Shown here piece after piece: positions 20,352 through 28,570 of a stretch of DNA of 37,291 nt (positions within the stretch are counted from its first letter, which is position 1; every line of letters begins with the position of its first letter). Below the pieces are notes generated by a model that had not been told where the DNA came from, did not search any database, and was given only the letters and a program-made list of their open reading frames with translations. Source of the DNA: Armatimonadota bacterium (GTDB lineage: Bacteria > Sysuimicrobiota > Sysuimicrobiia > Sysuimicrobiales > Humicultoraceae). The position numbers were made by a program, and so were the translations under genes. The stretch is taken from NCBI GenBank assembly GCA_037443365.1, contig JBBIOM010000019.1:1-37291 (forward strand), in the 5' to 3' direction.

Positions 20352-22763
20352 CTACGTCACGCGCTCCTTCGTGGCGCGCGCCAGATTGAGCCGGTTGACC
20401 TGCGTGACGGCGGGGATCTGGCTCAGCAACACCACGATGACGATTGCCACCGCGGCTATTACGTAGGTTCGCGGGTACACCACCGTCTTGAACGCGAAGA
20501 GCTCCATCTGCTCCTCGGTTGAGATCGCCTCGATGAAAGCGCTCACCAGGAACCTGCCCGCGGGCAGGCCCAGGCACACCCCGATAGCGGCCGTCAACGC
20601 GTTCTCCAGGGTGATCATCCCCAGGATCTTCCAGCGGCCGATGCCGAGCGTGCGCATCGTGGCCACCTCGCTGCTTCGCTCGAGCACGTTGATCGTTATC
20701 ATGTTGAAGACAATCGAGAAGGCCAGGGCCATCCCGAACAGGAGCATGATCGCGAAGACGTTGCGCATCACGGCGAGCATGTCGTCCAGCATCCTTCGGA
20801 AGTCGGCGAGGACATTCACAGCGCCGGCCCCCGGCAGGCCCAGCAGGCGCTCCCTGATCTCGGGCAGATAGCGCAGGTCGGCCTTGACACGCACGCCCGT
20901 GATGGCGCCGGGCGGGAGGGGGAGGTCTGCGCGGAACAACTGCCTGGCGCGGTCCAGGGGCAGGTAGGCCACCGTTCCGATCGACTCCCACACGAACCCG
21001 GCCACCCGCGCCGTCCGCTGCACCGGCTCCTGCTCAGAGCGAGTACGGGGCAGGGAGACCAGCACCGTGTCGCCCTGCTCGACCCCCAGCTTCGCCCGCA
21101 ACACCTGGCCGAGCAGCAGGCCGGCTTCGGTGGGCCGCATCCTCTCCCCGCCCTCGGATTGCAGGCGGTGGAGCCGGCTGCTGCCCTCGAGCCCCACGAG
21201 CAGCGCCGAGTAGGTTCGGTCTCCCTTCCTGAACTCCACGGGTATCTCGAGCGCGCCCTCGGCCCAGATGACCCCTGGTATTCCGCGCACGCCGTTGACC
21301 ACGCCGCGGTCCTGGTACGTTGCGAACTCCACGCGTACATCGTCGTGGAGGGTGTCGTGGATGAAGGAGTCCATGGCGGCCTCCGAGGAGTCCAGTAGCC
21401 CCTGGGAGACCATGATCAGCGAAATCGCGGCCGCGACGCCGAAGACCGTTGAGATGGTCCGCCTTGGATGGCGAAAGACGTTGCGGAGCGGAATGCGCCA
21501 GGCCAGCGCCATCTTCCCAAGGCCGGGCATCACCCGGTCGAGGAGAACTACGCGCCCGCTTGAGGGCACCTCGGCCCTGAGCGCCTCGGCCGGGCTCGTC
21601 CGAGCGGCCGCCCGGGCAGGCAGGATGCCGGCGGCCAGGCAGACCCCGGTCCCGATCATGACCCCGACCAGTATCGCTCCCCAGCGGGGGACCAGCATGA
21701 TGTAGGGGACGGACAGGAACGAAGCGTAGAAGCGCGTCACCAACCCAGAGAGCCAGAAGCCCGCGGCGCTGCCCAGCACGCTGGCCAGCCCGCCTACCAG
21801 CAGCGAGGCGGACAGGTAGTGCACCACGACGCTGCGCCGCGAGAAACCCGTTGCCATCAGCATCCCTATCACGGGGCGCTGCAGACGCACCATGCGCATC
21901 AGCAGCGTATACACCGTAAGCCCGGCGACGCTCAGGAAGAAGAACGGGAACAGGACGGAGTAGGCCCTGAACGAGGTCAGGTCCTGCTCCAGGAACTGGT
22001 GGCTGGGTTGATCCTCGCGGGCCACCGGTTCCTCGGCCCCGTAGGCATCGAGCAGCCGCTTGGCCTCCTGCATGATCGCGGGCCTGCGCCCCGGGTCGGA
22101 AGTGGTGGCCACGATGCTGCTGATGAGCCCTGGTTTGCCCACGAGAGGTCCGAGGACATCGCCCGAGACGAACATGACCCCGAAGGAATCGGGGAACGGC
22201 ATCAGGTCCTGCTTGCTGCGGATCACGTACAGGTACTCAGGGCTCATGGCCATCCCGGCGATCCGGAACCGCGCCCGCGCGCCGGCGCGCTCGACCTCGA
22301 TGGCGTCCCCTGGCCGCAGCTTGTGGTGCCGGGCGAAGCTGTTCTCGAGGATGACCTCGCGCGCGGTCCTGCCGGAGAGATACCGGCCCCGCGTGATGAG
22401 CAGGTCGTTGACAGAGGGCCGGCGGTCGCTCGGGATGGAGATGAGCCTGCCTATCAGCTTCTTCGTGGACCTGCCCGGGATCTCGATCACGACATCCTCG
22501 ATGAGACGCCCTTCGACCGCCCGGACGCCTGGTATCCGCCGCACCCTCTCCGCGACCCGCTCGGGCGCGGCGTGGAACGATACGCCGAAGTCCTCGAACC
22601 GAAGGCGATCGTAGGAGTGCCGGAAGGACGCATCCAGGTTTCCGTACGACATGTACGTCGCGCCGTATAGGGTCACGCCCAGCATCACCGTGAAGCCCAC
22701 GGCGAGATACTGCCAGCGTGATTGCCACAGATCCCTTACCAGCTTCAGGGCCAGGAGCGACAT
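20352..22763 (-). CDS. MacB/FtsX-family ABC transporter permease (two FtsX repeats)
   Basis: KLVRDLW N-terminus, QRPVIGMLMATGF and ERSSEVATMRTLG repeats; ATG at 22763. Confidence 0.9.
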   Translation of the reverse strand: MSLLALKLVRDLWQSRWQYLAVGFTVMLGVTLYGATYMSYGNLDASFRHSYDRLRFEDFGVSFHAAPERVAERVRRIPGVRAVEGRLIEDVVIEIPGRSTKKLIGRLISIPSDRRPSVNDLLITRGRYLSGRTAREVILENSFARHHKLRPGDAIEVERAGARARFRIAGMAMSPEYLYVIRSKQDLMPFPDSFGVMFVSGDVLGPLVGKPGLISSIVATTSDPGRRPAIMQEAKRLLDAYGAEEPVAREDQPSHQFLEQDLTSFRAYSVLFPFFFLSVAGLTVYTLLMRMVRLQRPVIGMLMATGFSRRSVVVHYLSASLLVGGLASVLGSAAGFWLSGLVTRFYASFLSVPYIMLVPRWGAILVGVMIGTGVCLAAGILPARAAARTSPAEALRAEVPSSGRVVLLDRVMPGLGKMALAWRIPLRNVFRHPRRTISTVFGVAAAISLIMVSQGLLDSSEAAMDSFIHDTLHDDVRVEFATYQDRGVVNGVRGIPGVIWAEGALEIPVEFRKGDRTYSALLVGLEGSSRLHRLQSEGGERMRPTEAGLLLGQVLRAKLGVEQGDTVLVSLPRTRSEQEPVQRTARVAGFVWESIGTVAYLPLDRARQLFRADLPLPPGAITGVRVKADLRYLPEIRERLLGLPGAGAVNVLADFRRMLDDMLAVMRNVFAIMLLFGMALAFSIVFNMITINVLERSSEVATMRTLGIGRWKILGMITLENALTAAIGVCLGLPAGRFLVSAFIEAISTEEQMELFAFKTVVYPRTYVIAAVAIVIVVLLSQIPAVTQVNRLNLARATKERVT

Positions 22764-22764
22764 C

Positions 22765-23481
22765 TCACCACCGGAGCCCCGCAGGATCCGCCGGAGCCGG
22801 GTTCTCCTCGAGCGAATCCACCGTCCCGCTGCGCAGGCGGACCACCAGATCGGCCATCGGCGCAATTGCGGAGTTGTGGGTGACCAGCAGCACGGTGCGG
22901 CCCTCACCGCGATTTATCTCCCCGATCACCTGGAGGATCCGTCGGCCGGTCTCGTGATCGAGCTCTCCGGTCGGCTCGTCGCAGAGCAGGAGAGGAGGGT
23001 TCTTCACGAGGGCCCTGGCGATTGCCACCCGCTGCTGCTCTCCGCCGCTCAGCTCCCCGGGGAAGTGGGCGGCCCTTTCACCCAGGCCGACGGCGTCCAG
23101 CACCTCGTCCGTGGGTCTGGGGCTGCGCACCAGCTCTGCGGCCAGCTCGACGTTCTCGCGCGCCGTCAGCGTCGGGATGAGGTTGAAGAACTGAAAGACG
23201 AAGCCGATGCGCTCTCTCCGGTACGCGGTGAGCTCGGCGTCACCGTACCGCACGATGTCCACGCCGTCGACCACGACGCGCCCCGAGGTCGGGACGTCAA
23301 TGCCGCCCACCAGATTGAGGATGGTCGTCTTGCCCGACCCGCTTGGACCCAGAATGACCACAAGCGCGCCCTGACGCACGGAGAGGCTGACCTCGCGCAG
23401 GGCGTGAACCTCGACCTCTCCCATCCGGTAGGTCTTGGAAACCCGCTCGAGCCGTATCAAGGCCTGGTCGTTCGGCGGCAT
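22765..23481 (-). CDS. ABC transporter ATP-binding protein (LolD/MacB-like)
   Basis: [44 protein letters not shown]. Confidence 0.95.
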   Translation of the reverse strand: MPPNDQALIRLERVSKTYRMGEVEVHALREVSLSVRQGALVVILGPSGSGKTTILNLVGGIDVPTSGRVVVDGVDIVRYGDAELTAYRRERIGFVFQFFNLIPTLTARENVELAAELVRSPRPTDEVLDAVGLGERAAHFPGELSGGEQQRVAIARALVKNPPLLLCDEPTGELDHETGRRILQVIGEINRGEGRTVLLVTHNSAIAPMADLVVRLRSGTVDSLEENPAPADPAGLRW

Positions 23482-23482
23482 G

Positions 23483-24916
23483 TCAGGGCCTCGCGCTCGG
23501 CACCACCCGGACGCGCCTGCCGTCTTGGAGGGTGTCCTTGCCTCCAACCACCACCAGATCGCCCTCCTTCAGCCCATCCAGGATCTCGGCCGCTGCGGGC
23601 GTCATGTATCCCACCCTTACCTCGCGCAGGCGCGCGACATCGCCCTCAACAAGGAAGACCACGTTCCGGTTGTCGCGGAACAGGAGCGCATCGCCCGGGA
23701 CCGAGAGCGCCTCGGGGACCATGGTGCCCTCTCCCTCCACGTCCACCTCCAGCCCGGGCCTGAGCAGATCCACCCCTTCCAGGAGCCGTACCTTGATCCG
23801 GACCACGCGCGTGCGCAGCGCCGCATCCGGCTTGAGTTCCGCCTGCGGCGCGAGCTCCTCGATGCGTCCCCGGAACCGCTGGCCCGGAAGGGCCGGGACA
23901 GTGACCGTGACGTCAGGGGAGTTCTGGGCCTTGGCGGCGTCCTCGTCGGCCACGTCGGCCGCGATCCAGAGGTCGGCAGGGTCGAACAGCGTGGCGACCG
24001 CAAGGCCCGGGGAGACGAGCTCTCCCACCTCGACGCCGATGCGGCTGACCACGCCCGCGAAGGGAGCCCGCAGGGTGGCCCCATCCAGCAGGGCGGCAGC
24101 AGCCAGGACCGCGGCCTCCGCCTGCAGGACCCGGGCGCGTGCCGCCTCGGCGTCGGTCTCCCTGAGACGGATCTCGCCGCGCGCGCTCCTCGCCGCCTCG
24201 ACCCCTGCCCTGGCCGCGTCCACCTGTGCTTTGGCGGCGGCCAGTTCTTCGATCCGCGCCCCTGCCCTGATCATGTCCAGGGCCTCGCTGGCAGCCCGGA
24301 ACTGAGCGCGCGCGATCTCGTGGCGCGCCTCCGCCTCGTCGAGGTCGGCCCGGGCGATGGCTCCCCGGGCGTGCAGGTCACGGGCGCGCTGCAGCGCTCC
24401 CTGGGCGGCCGTGACATTCGCCCTCGCCTGCTCCACCTGCTGCTGGGCCTGGGCCACCTCCTGCGGCCGGGCTCCTGCGCGCAGCTGCTGAAGCTGCGCC
24501 TCCGCTCCCCTGAGGGCGGCCTCGGCCTGCGCCTCACGCGCCCCAACCTGCTGCCGTGCAAGCGCCAGCGCGGCCTCGGCCTGCCGCACCCCGGCGCGCG
24601 CGGCGCGCAGCGCGGCTTCGGCCTCGTTCTGGCCTGCGCGCAGGTCGCGGGCGTCGAGCCTGACAAGGACGCTCCCGGGCTGGACCTGCTGGCCCTCGCG
24701 CACGAGGATCGCCTCAACGCGCGCCGCGACCTTGGTCGCGATGTTGACCGTCTTGCCCCTGATGACGCCGTCGGCCGTGAACGACGCGGTCAGGGGCCCT
24801 CGGCTAACCCTGGCAACCTCCACCCGGACAGGCCCACCCGATCTCGACCATTGGGCATAGACCACCAGGACCGCGACAGCCAACACGATGCCCAGGTAGA
24901 CCTTCCACCGCTTCAT
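23483..24916 (-). CDS. Efflux membrane fusion protein (HlyD/RND adaptor)
   Basis: N-terminal TM anchor, VREGQQVQPG lipoyl half, long Ala/Gln coiled coil, LRAPFAGVV, GLKEGDLVV. Confidence 0.92.
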   Translation of the reverse strand: MKRWKVYLGIVLAVAVLVVYAQWSRSGGPVRVEVARVSRGPLTASFTADGVIRGKTVNIATKVAARVEAILVREGQQVQPGSVLVRLDARDLRAGQNEAEAALRAARAGVRQAEAALALARQQVGAREAQAEAALRGAEAQLQQLRAGARPQEVAQAQQQVEQARANVTAAQGALQRARDLHARGAIARADLDEAEARHEIARAQFRAASEALDMIRAGARIEELAAAKAQVDAARAGVEAARSARGEIRLRETDAEAARARVLQAEAAVLAAAALLDGATLRAPFAGVVSRIGVEVGELVSPGLAVATLFDPADLWIAADVADEDAAKAQNSPDVTVTVPALPGQRFRGRIEELAPQAELKPDAALRTRVVRIKVRLLEGVDLLRPGLEVDVEGEGTMVPEALSVPGDALLFRDNRNVVFLVEGDVARLREVRVGYMTPAAAEILDGLKEGDLVVVGGKDTLQDGRRVRVVPSARP

Positions 24917-24995
24917 CGGACACCTCGTTTGAGAGGCAATGAGCCAGGCGATGAGCCTGTGTCCTGGATTCGCTGGGGGGCTTGCGCTTGCCTGC

Positions 24996-25070
24996 TGGTG
25001 GGCGAGGAGGGTCTCGAACCCCCGACCTCCTCTGTGTAAGAGAGGCGCTCTCCCGCTGAGCTACTCGCCC
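24996..25070 (-). tRNA. tRNA-Val(UAC)
   Basis: Reverse complement GGGCGAGTAGCTCAGCGGGAGAGCGCCTCTCTTACACAGAGGAGGTCGGGGGTTCGAGACCCTCCTCGCCCACCA. Confidence 0.97.
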
Positions 25071-25077
25071 GGCGAGA

Positions 25078-25107
25078 AGCATATCACCATGGATATCCTG
25101 TGGACAA
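25078..25107 (-). promoter_or_regulatory. Putative promoter of tRNA-Val
   Basis: Minus strand TTGTCC, 18-bp spacer, TATGCT with TGn extension, 7 nt upstream of the tRNA. Confidence 0.55.
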
Positions 25108-25171
25108 GCTGCTGCTATGTCTGAACGAGGAGGCCTGATGGGTTTAGTATTACTTATCTTCATGTAGTCTT

Positions 25172-25397
25172 GGTGCCAGAGGCGCGAATGACCCACACCG
25201 CTGAGAGCCTGACCAGGCGAGCCCTCCAGGGCCTGGTGGTGCCCGGAGCCGCCTGGCAAGCCCATCTGGCCCTTGTTCGCAGGGGAAACCCGGTCGCAGG
25301 GCGAAATCCCCGCAGCAAGCACGGGCGACGAGGCCAGTGGGATTCCCGGAGGGCGAAGTCTCGCCGGACGGTACTTTCGAAGCCGAGGTGAACCCTG
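25172..25397 (+). ncRNA. Candidate structured RNA or 5' leader of unassigned class
   Basis: Follows an AT-rich promoter-like patch (TAGTCT at 25165-70); several helices and GAAA loops; no Rfam family recognised by eye. Confidence 0.4.
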
Positions 25398-26129
25398 GTG
25401 AAGAAGCAAACGCCTGCCCAGCTCGAAGCGCTCCAGCGACTGATGCAGATGGCCGATACCCCCCCGAACCTGGAGGCGATGCAGTATGTCGTGTTCCAGT
25501 TCGACTTCCGCGACTACGACCAGTTCATCGTTGAGTGCCCGCCGGGTAGCATTCGCTTCAACAACCTGATCCGCATGGCCGTCTTCTGCGACAATGTTGG
25601 TTTCCTGGTGGAGAACGGCGTGGTGGATCGCGAGGCTGTATTCGAGCTCTTTCCCGTCCCCTGGGCGAAGGTCGAGCCCGTGATCCTGGGGATGCGCAAG
25701 GACCTGGACTGGCCCGACACCTTTGACTACTTCGAGCGTCTGGGGAGGGAGTACGTGAAGTGGTGGGAGGCCAAGCGCAAGCGGCTCAACGTACCGCCCA
25801 GTTCGCCCGAGCTGGGTGGCATGCCCCGGTCACTGGCCGTGGGCAAGCCCCGGCCGCCGGTCCCGGCCAGGCCTGCCCCGCCACCCAGGCCTGCTACGCC
25901 CACCCGCCCGCCAGCGCCCGTCCCTGCTGCGGCTCGCGCCCCTCACCTCGCGCCTCCGGCGGTATCCGCCGAAGCCGCGCCGGTGAAGCGCACGCTGCGG
26001 GTCAAGGTCCCCTCCAGGACTCCGTACAAGCCGGTCAGGATCGTCAGGAAGGAGAAGGCGAGCCCACGTCCCCGGCCAAAGGCGCGCGCCAAGGCCGCGC
26101 CCGCGAAGAGCAAGCCGAGGAAGCGATAG
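25398..26129 (+). CDS. DUF4760-like helical protein with a Pro/Ala/Lys/Arg-rich C-terminal tail
   Basis: GAGGTG SD. N-terminal pattern F..VG.LV.NG.VD...W.KVEP.I.GMR...P..F..FE.L recalls DUF4760; low-complexity basic tail. Confidence 0.6.
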   Translation: MKKQTPAQLEALQRLMQMADTPPNLEAMQYVVFQFDFRDYDQFIVECPPGSIRFNNLIRMAVFCDNVGFLVENGVVDREAVFELFPVPWAKVEPVILGMRKDLDWPDTFDYFERLGREYVKWWEAKRKRLNVPPSSPELGGMPRSLAVGKPRPPVPARPAPPPRPATPTRPPAPVPAAARAPHLAPPAVSAEAAPVKRTLRVKVPSRTPYKPVRIVRKEKASPRPRPKARAKAAPAKSKPRKR

Positions 26130-26133
26130 CCGG

Positions 26134-26841
26134 GTGGCCGCACTCCAGCTCTATGATCTCCAGCAGCTCGATGCGGCCGTCGCACGCACCGTAGCGACTC
26201 GCGCCGGCCTCGACGACGGCGCCGCGCAGCGCGCGGCGGTTGCCGTCGCGGTCCAGGAATTGGACAATGTGCGGGATCGGCTGGCCGCCTGGCAGGCCCG
26301 CCTGCGCGTGCTCGACCTCGAGACGAGTTCCATCGAGGCCAAGCGCGCCAAGTTCGAGTCCGAGCTCTACAGCGGCCGCACCGGCAATCCGAAGGAGCTG
26401 GCCGCCATGGCCGACGAGATACGCCTCCTGGAGCGTCTGAAGGCGGGTCTTGAGGAGGAGACACTGGTGCTGATGGAGCAGGTCGAGCGGGCCGAGTCGC
26501 AGGCGCGCGAGACCGCTGCCGCCCTCGCGGCCAACCAGGCCGCGTTGACCCGGCAGGAGGCTGCGTTCGTCGCGGCGACGGCGGCCGCCGATGACGAGAT
26601 CGCGAGCCTGACCGCCCGGAGATCGGCGCTCGCGGCTCAGATTGACGAGGCGTTGCTCCGGCGGTACGAGCGGCTGCGCGAGCACAAGGGCGGGATCGCG
26701 GTGGTGGCGGTCACGGGTGGGATCTGTGGGGGCTGCCACGTCGCCATCCCGGAGGGGCGGCTACAGAAGATCGCCGCGGATCCCGACGCGCTGGCATCAT
26801 GCGACGGCTGCGGACGCCTGCTCGTGGTTCGCGCACAGTGA
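26134..26841 (+). CDS. C4-type zinc-ribbon coiled-coil protein (DUF164/CT398-like)
   Basis: LYDLQQLD start, long coiled coil, CGGCH...CDGCGRLL. Confidence 0.92.
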   Translation: MAALQLYDLQQLDAAVARTVATRAGLDDGAAQRAAVAVAVQELDNVRDRLAAWQARLRVLDLETSSIEAKRAKFESELYSGRTGNPKELAAMADEIRLLERLKAGLEEETLVLMEQVERAESQARETAAALAANQAALTRQEAAFVAATAAADDEIASLTARRSALAAQIDEALLRRYERLREHKGGIAVVAVTGGICGGCHVAIPEGRLQKIAADPDALASCDGCGRLLVVRAQ

Positions 26842-28145
26842 AGCTCCGGCTGCTCGTGGACGGTGCCTCGAGGGGGAATCCCGGCCCCTCTGCAATTGGA
26901 GTGGTGGTGCAGGACTCCCACGGCCGGGTGGTCGCCGAGGTATCCGAGACCCTTGGTGTGGCCACCAACAACGTCGCCGAGTACGAGGCGCTGCTCCGAG
27001 CCCTGGAGGAAGCCCGCGCGCGTGGGGCAGACGAGGTCGAGATACTGGCCGACAGCGACCTCCTGGTCCGGCAGATAACCGGCGTCTACAAGGTCAAGAG
27101 CCCCAACCTGGCGCCCCTGCATCGAGCCGCGCTCGGCGCGCTTGCGGGCTTCCGCAGATGGCGCGTCACGTACATCCCGCGCAGCCGGAATGCAGCGGCC
27201 GACGCTTTGGCCAACCGCGCCCTGGACGCCTCGCCCTCGGAGGCAGCGGCCTCGCGCGCGAGCGATGCCGGCGCCGGCTTGCGCCGAGAGCTCGCTCGCT
27301 TGTCAAGCCGGCTGGATGGCGCACTTGGCGTCGGCGTCAAGACAATCTGGGACGGCCAGGAGTTGTTCCTCGAACCCGACCGGCCGTTTCCGACGGCCAG
27401 CGTGTTCAAGATCCCGGTGCTTTACGAGCTGCTGCTGCAGGTCGAGGAGGGACGCCTGGATCTCGACGCCAGGGTGGCGGTGACCGAGGAGATGAAGTCC
27501 CCGGGCTCGGGCGTCCTGAAGGAGTTGACTTCTTCCCCGGCGCTGAGCGTGGCGGACCTGGCGATGCTGATGATCATCATCAGCGACAACACCGCCACAG
27601 ACATACTGGTCGACATGGTCGGCAAGCAAGCCGTCAACCAGCGGCTGGCAGGGTGGGGCTTCTCGGTGACGCGCGTGCCCATGAGCTGCCGGGAACTGCT
27701 CTTCGAGCTGGCGGGCCGCCCCCGCGGCCCCTTCACCCCGGCGGCGCGCCTGGAAGTGGAGCAGGTGTTGAAGACGCGAGAGCGGTCCCTGACCGGAAGG
27801 GCCTACGCGGACCACAACAACAACCTCAGCACTCCCCGGGAGATGCTCGGGCTGCTCGAGATGCTCGTGCGCGACGGGCCGCTTCCGGCCCGCGTGCGCG
27901 AACGGGCACTGCACTTCATGCGCCGCCAGCAGGTACGCGACCGGCTGCCGCTCCACCTGCCGCCCGGCGCGGAGATCGCTCACAAGACAGGCTCGATCGC
28001 GGGTGTCCGCAACGACGCCGGGATCCTGTTCGTGCAGCGCGGGCCGGTGCTGGTCTGTGCCTTCGCCCGTGATCTGGCGGAAGATCAGGCCGGCGCCGCC
28101 GCGATCGCCGAGGTGGGACGGTTGGTGCACGCTGCCTTCGCCTGA
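26838..28145 (+). CDS. Ribonuclease HI fused to a class A beta-lactamase-like serine hydrolase
   Basis: N-terminal DGASRGNPG, TNNVAEY, DSDL, RNAAADALAN (RNase HI DEDD); C-terminal ASVFK, SDN, HKTG; GTG 26838 overlaps the upstream TGA. Confidence 0.9.
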   Translation: MKLRLLVDGASRGNPGPSAIGVVVQDSHGRVVAEVSETLGVATNNVAEYEALLRALEEARARGADEVEILADSDLLVRQITGVYKVKSPNLAPLHRAALGALAGFRRWRVTYIPRSRNAAADALANRALDASPSEAAASRASDAGAGLRRELARLSSRLDGALGVGVKTIWDGQELFLEPDRPFPTASVFKIPVLYELLLQVEEGRLDLDARVAVTEEMKSPGSGVLKELTSSPALSVADLAMLMIIISDNTATDILVDMVGKQAVNQRLAGWGFSVTRVPMSCRELLFELAGRPRGPFTPAARLEVEQVLKTRERSLTGRAYADHNNNLSTPREMLGLLEMLVRDGPLPARVRERALHFMRRQQVRDRLPLHLPPGAEIAHKTGSIAGVRNDAGILFVQRGPVLVCAFARDLAEDQAGAAAIAEVGRLVHAAFA

Positions 28146-28181
28146 GCTAGCAGAGAGCGCCCGTGCATGGCTTTGTGCGGT

Positions 28182-28210
28182 TTGACCCCTCCCCAGGCCG
28201 GTGCTACCAT
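28182..28210 (+). promoter_or_regulatory. sigma70-type promoter of rnpB
   Basis: TTGACC, 17-bp spacer, TACCAT with TGn extension, 5 nt before the RNA. Confidence 0.8.
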
Positions 28211-28215
28211 CGGAT

Positions 28216-28570
28216 GGGAGCAGGCCGGGCGGTCGCGGCGCGCAGGCGTCGAGGAAAGTCCGGGCTCCGCAGGGCAGGGTGCCGGGTAACCCCCGGCGGG
28301 GGCGACCCCAGGGACAGTGCCACAGAAACATACCGCCGGAGGGCTCGTCCCTCCGGCAAGGGTGAAACGGCGGGGTAAGGGCCCGCCGGCGGCCTGGCGA
28401 CAGGCCGGCCAGGCAAACCCCACCCGGAGCAAGGCCAGATAGGGGGAGATGAGGCGGCCCGCTGATCCCCGGGTAGGCCGCTCGAGATCACGGGCAACCG
28501 GCGATCCCAGAGAGATGACAGCCGCGCCGGAGATCCCGGCGCACAGAACCCGGCTTACAGGCCTGCTCCC
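28216..28570 (+). ncRNA. rnpB: RNase P RNA, bacterial type A
   Basis: GAGGAAAGTCCGGGCTCC, AGTGCCACAGAAA, GGTGAAAC, GGCAAACCCC..GGAGCAAG, ACAGAACCCGGCTTA; P1 GGGAGCAGGCC/GGCCTGCTCCC. Confidence 0.98.

Noticed and set aside
20330-24995. ABC exporter as an integrative element at tRNA-Val
   Set aside because: No integrase, no duplicated tRNA 3' end at the far boundary, and composition like the core genes.
25200-25225. Hammerhead-like CTGAGA-stem-GA core
   Set aside because: Lacks the N7 position and the GAAA after stem II, so the catalytic core is incomplete.
25178-25260. Lysine (AGAGGCGCG), SAM-IV (CCCTCC..GGTGCCC..GGCAAGC), TPP/T-box (GCTGAGAG) or cobalamin riboswitch assignment for the leader
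   Set aside because: Only isolated words match. The core elements of each class (loop-E AGUA and CUGUC; GCAACC; CUGAU; ACUGU/B12 box; UGGNACC) are absent.
25170-25391. 73-aa ORF across the structured leader
   Set aside because: No SD, TTG start, no protein-like features; better explained as non-coding.
27280-28145. Calling the serine hydrolase domain a true resistance beta-lactamase
   Set aside because: No export signal and no evident Glu166-type deacylation motif, so activity cannot be inferred.
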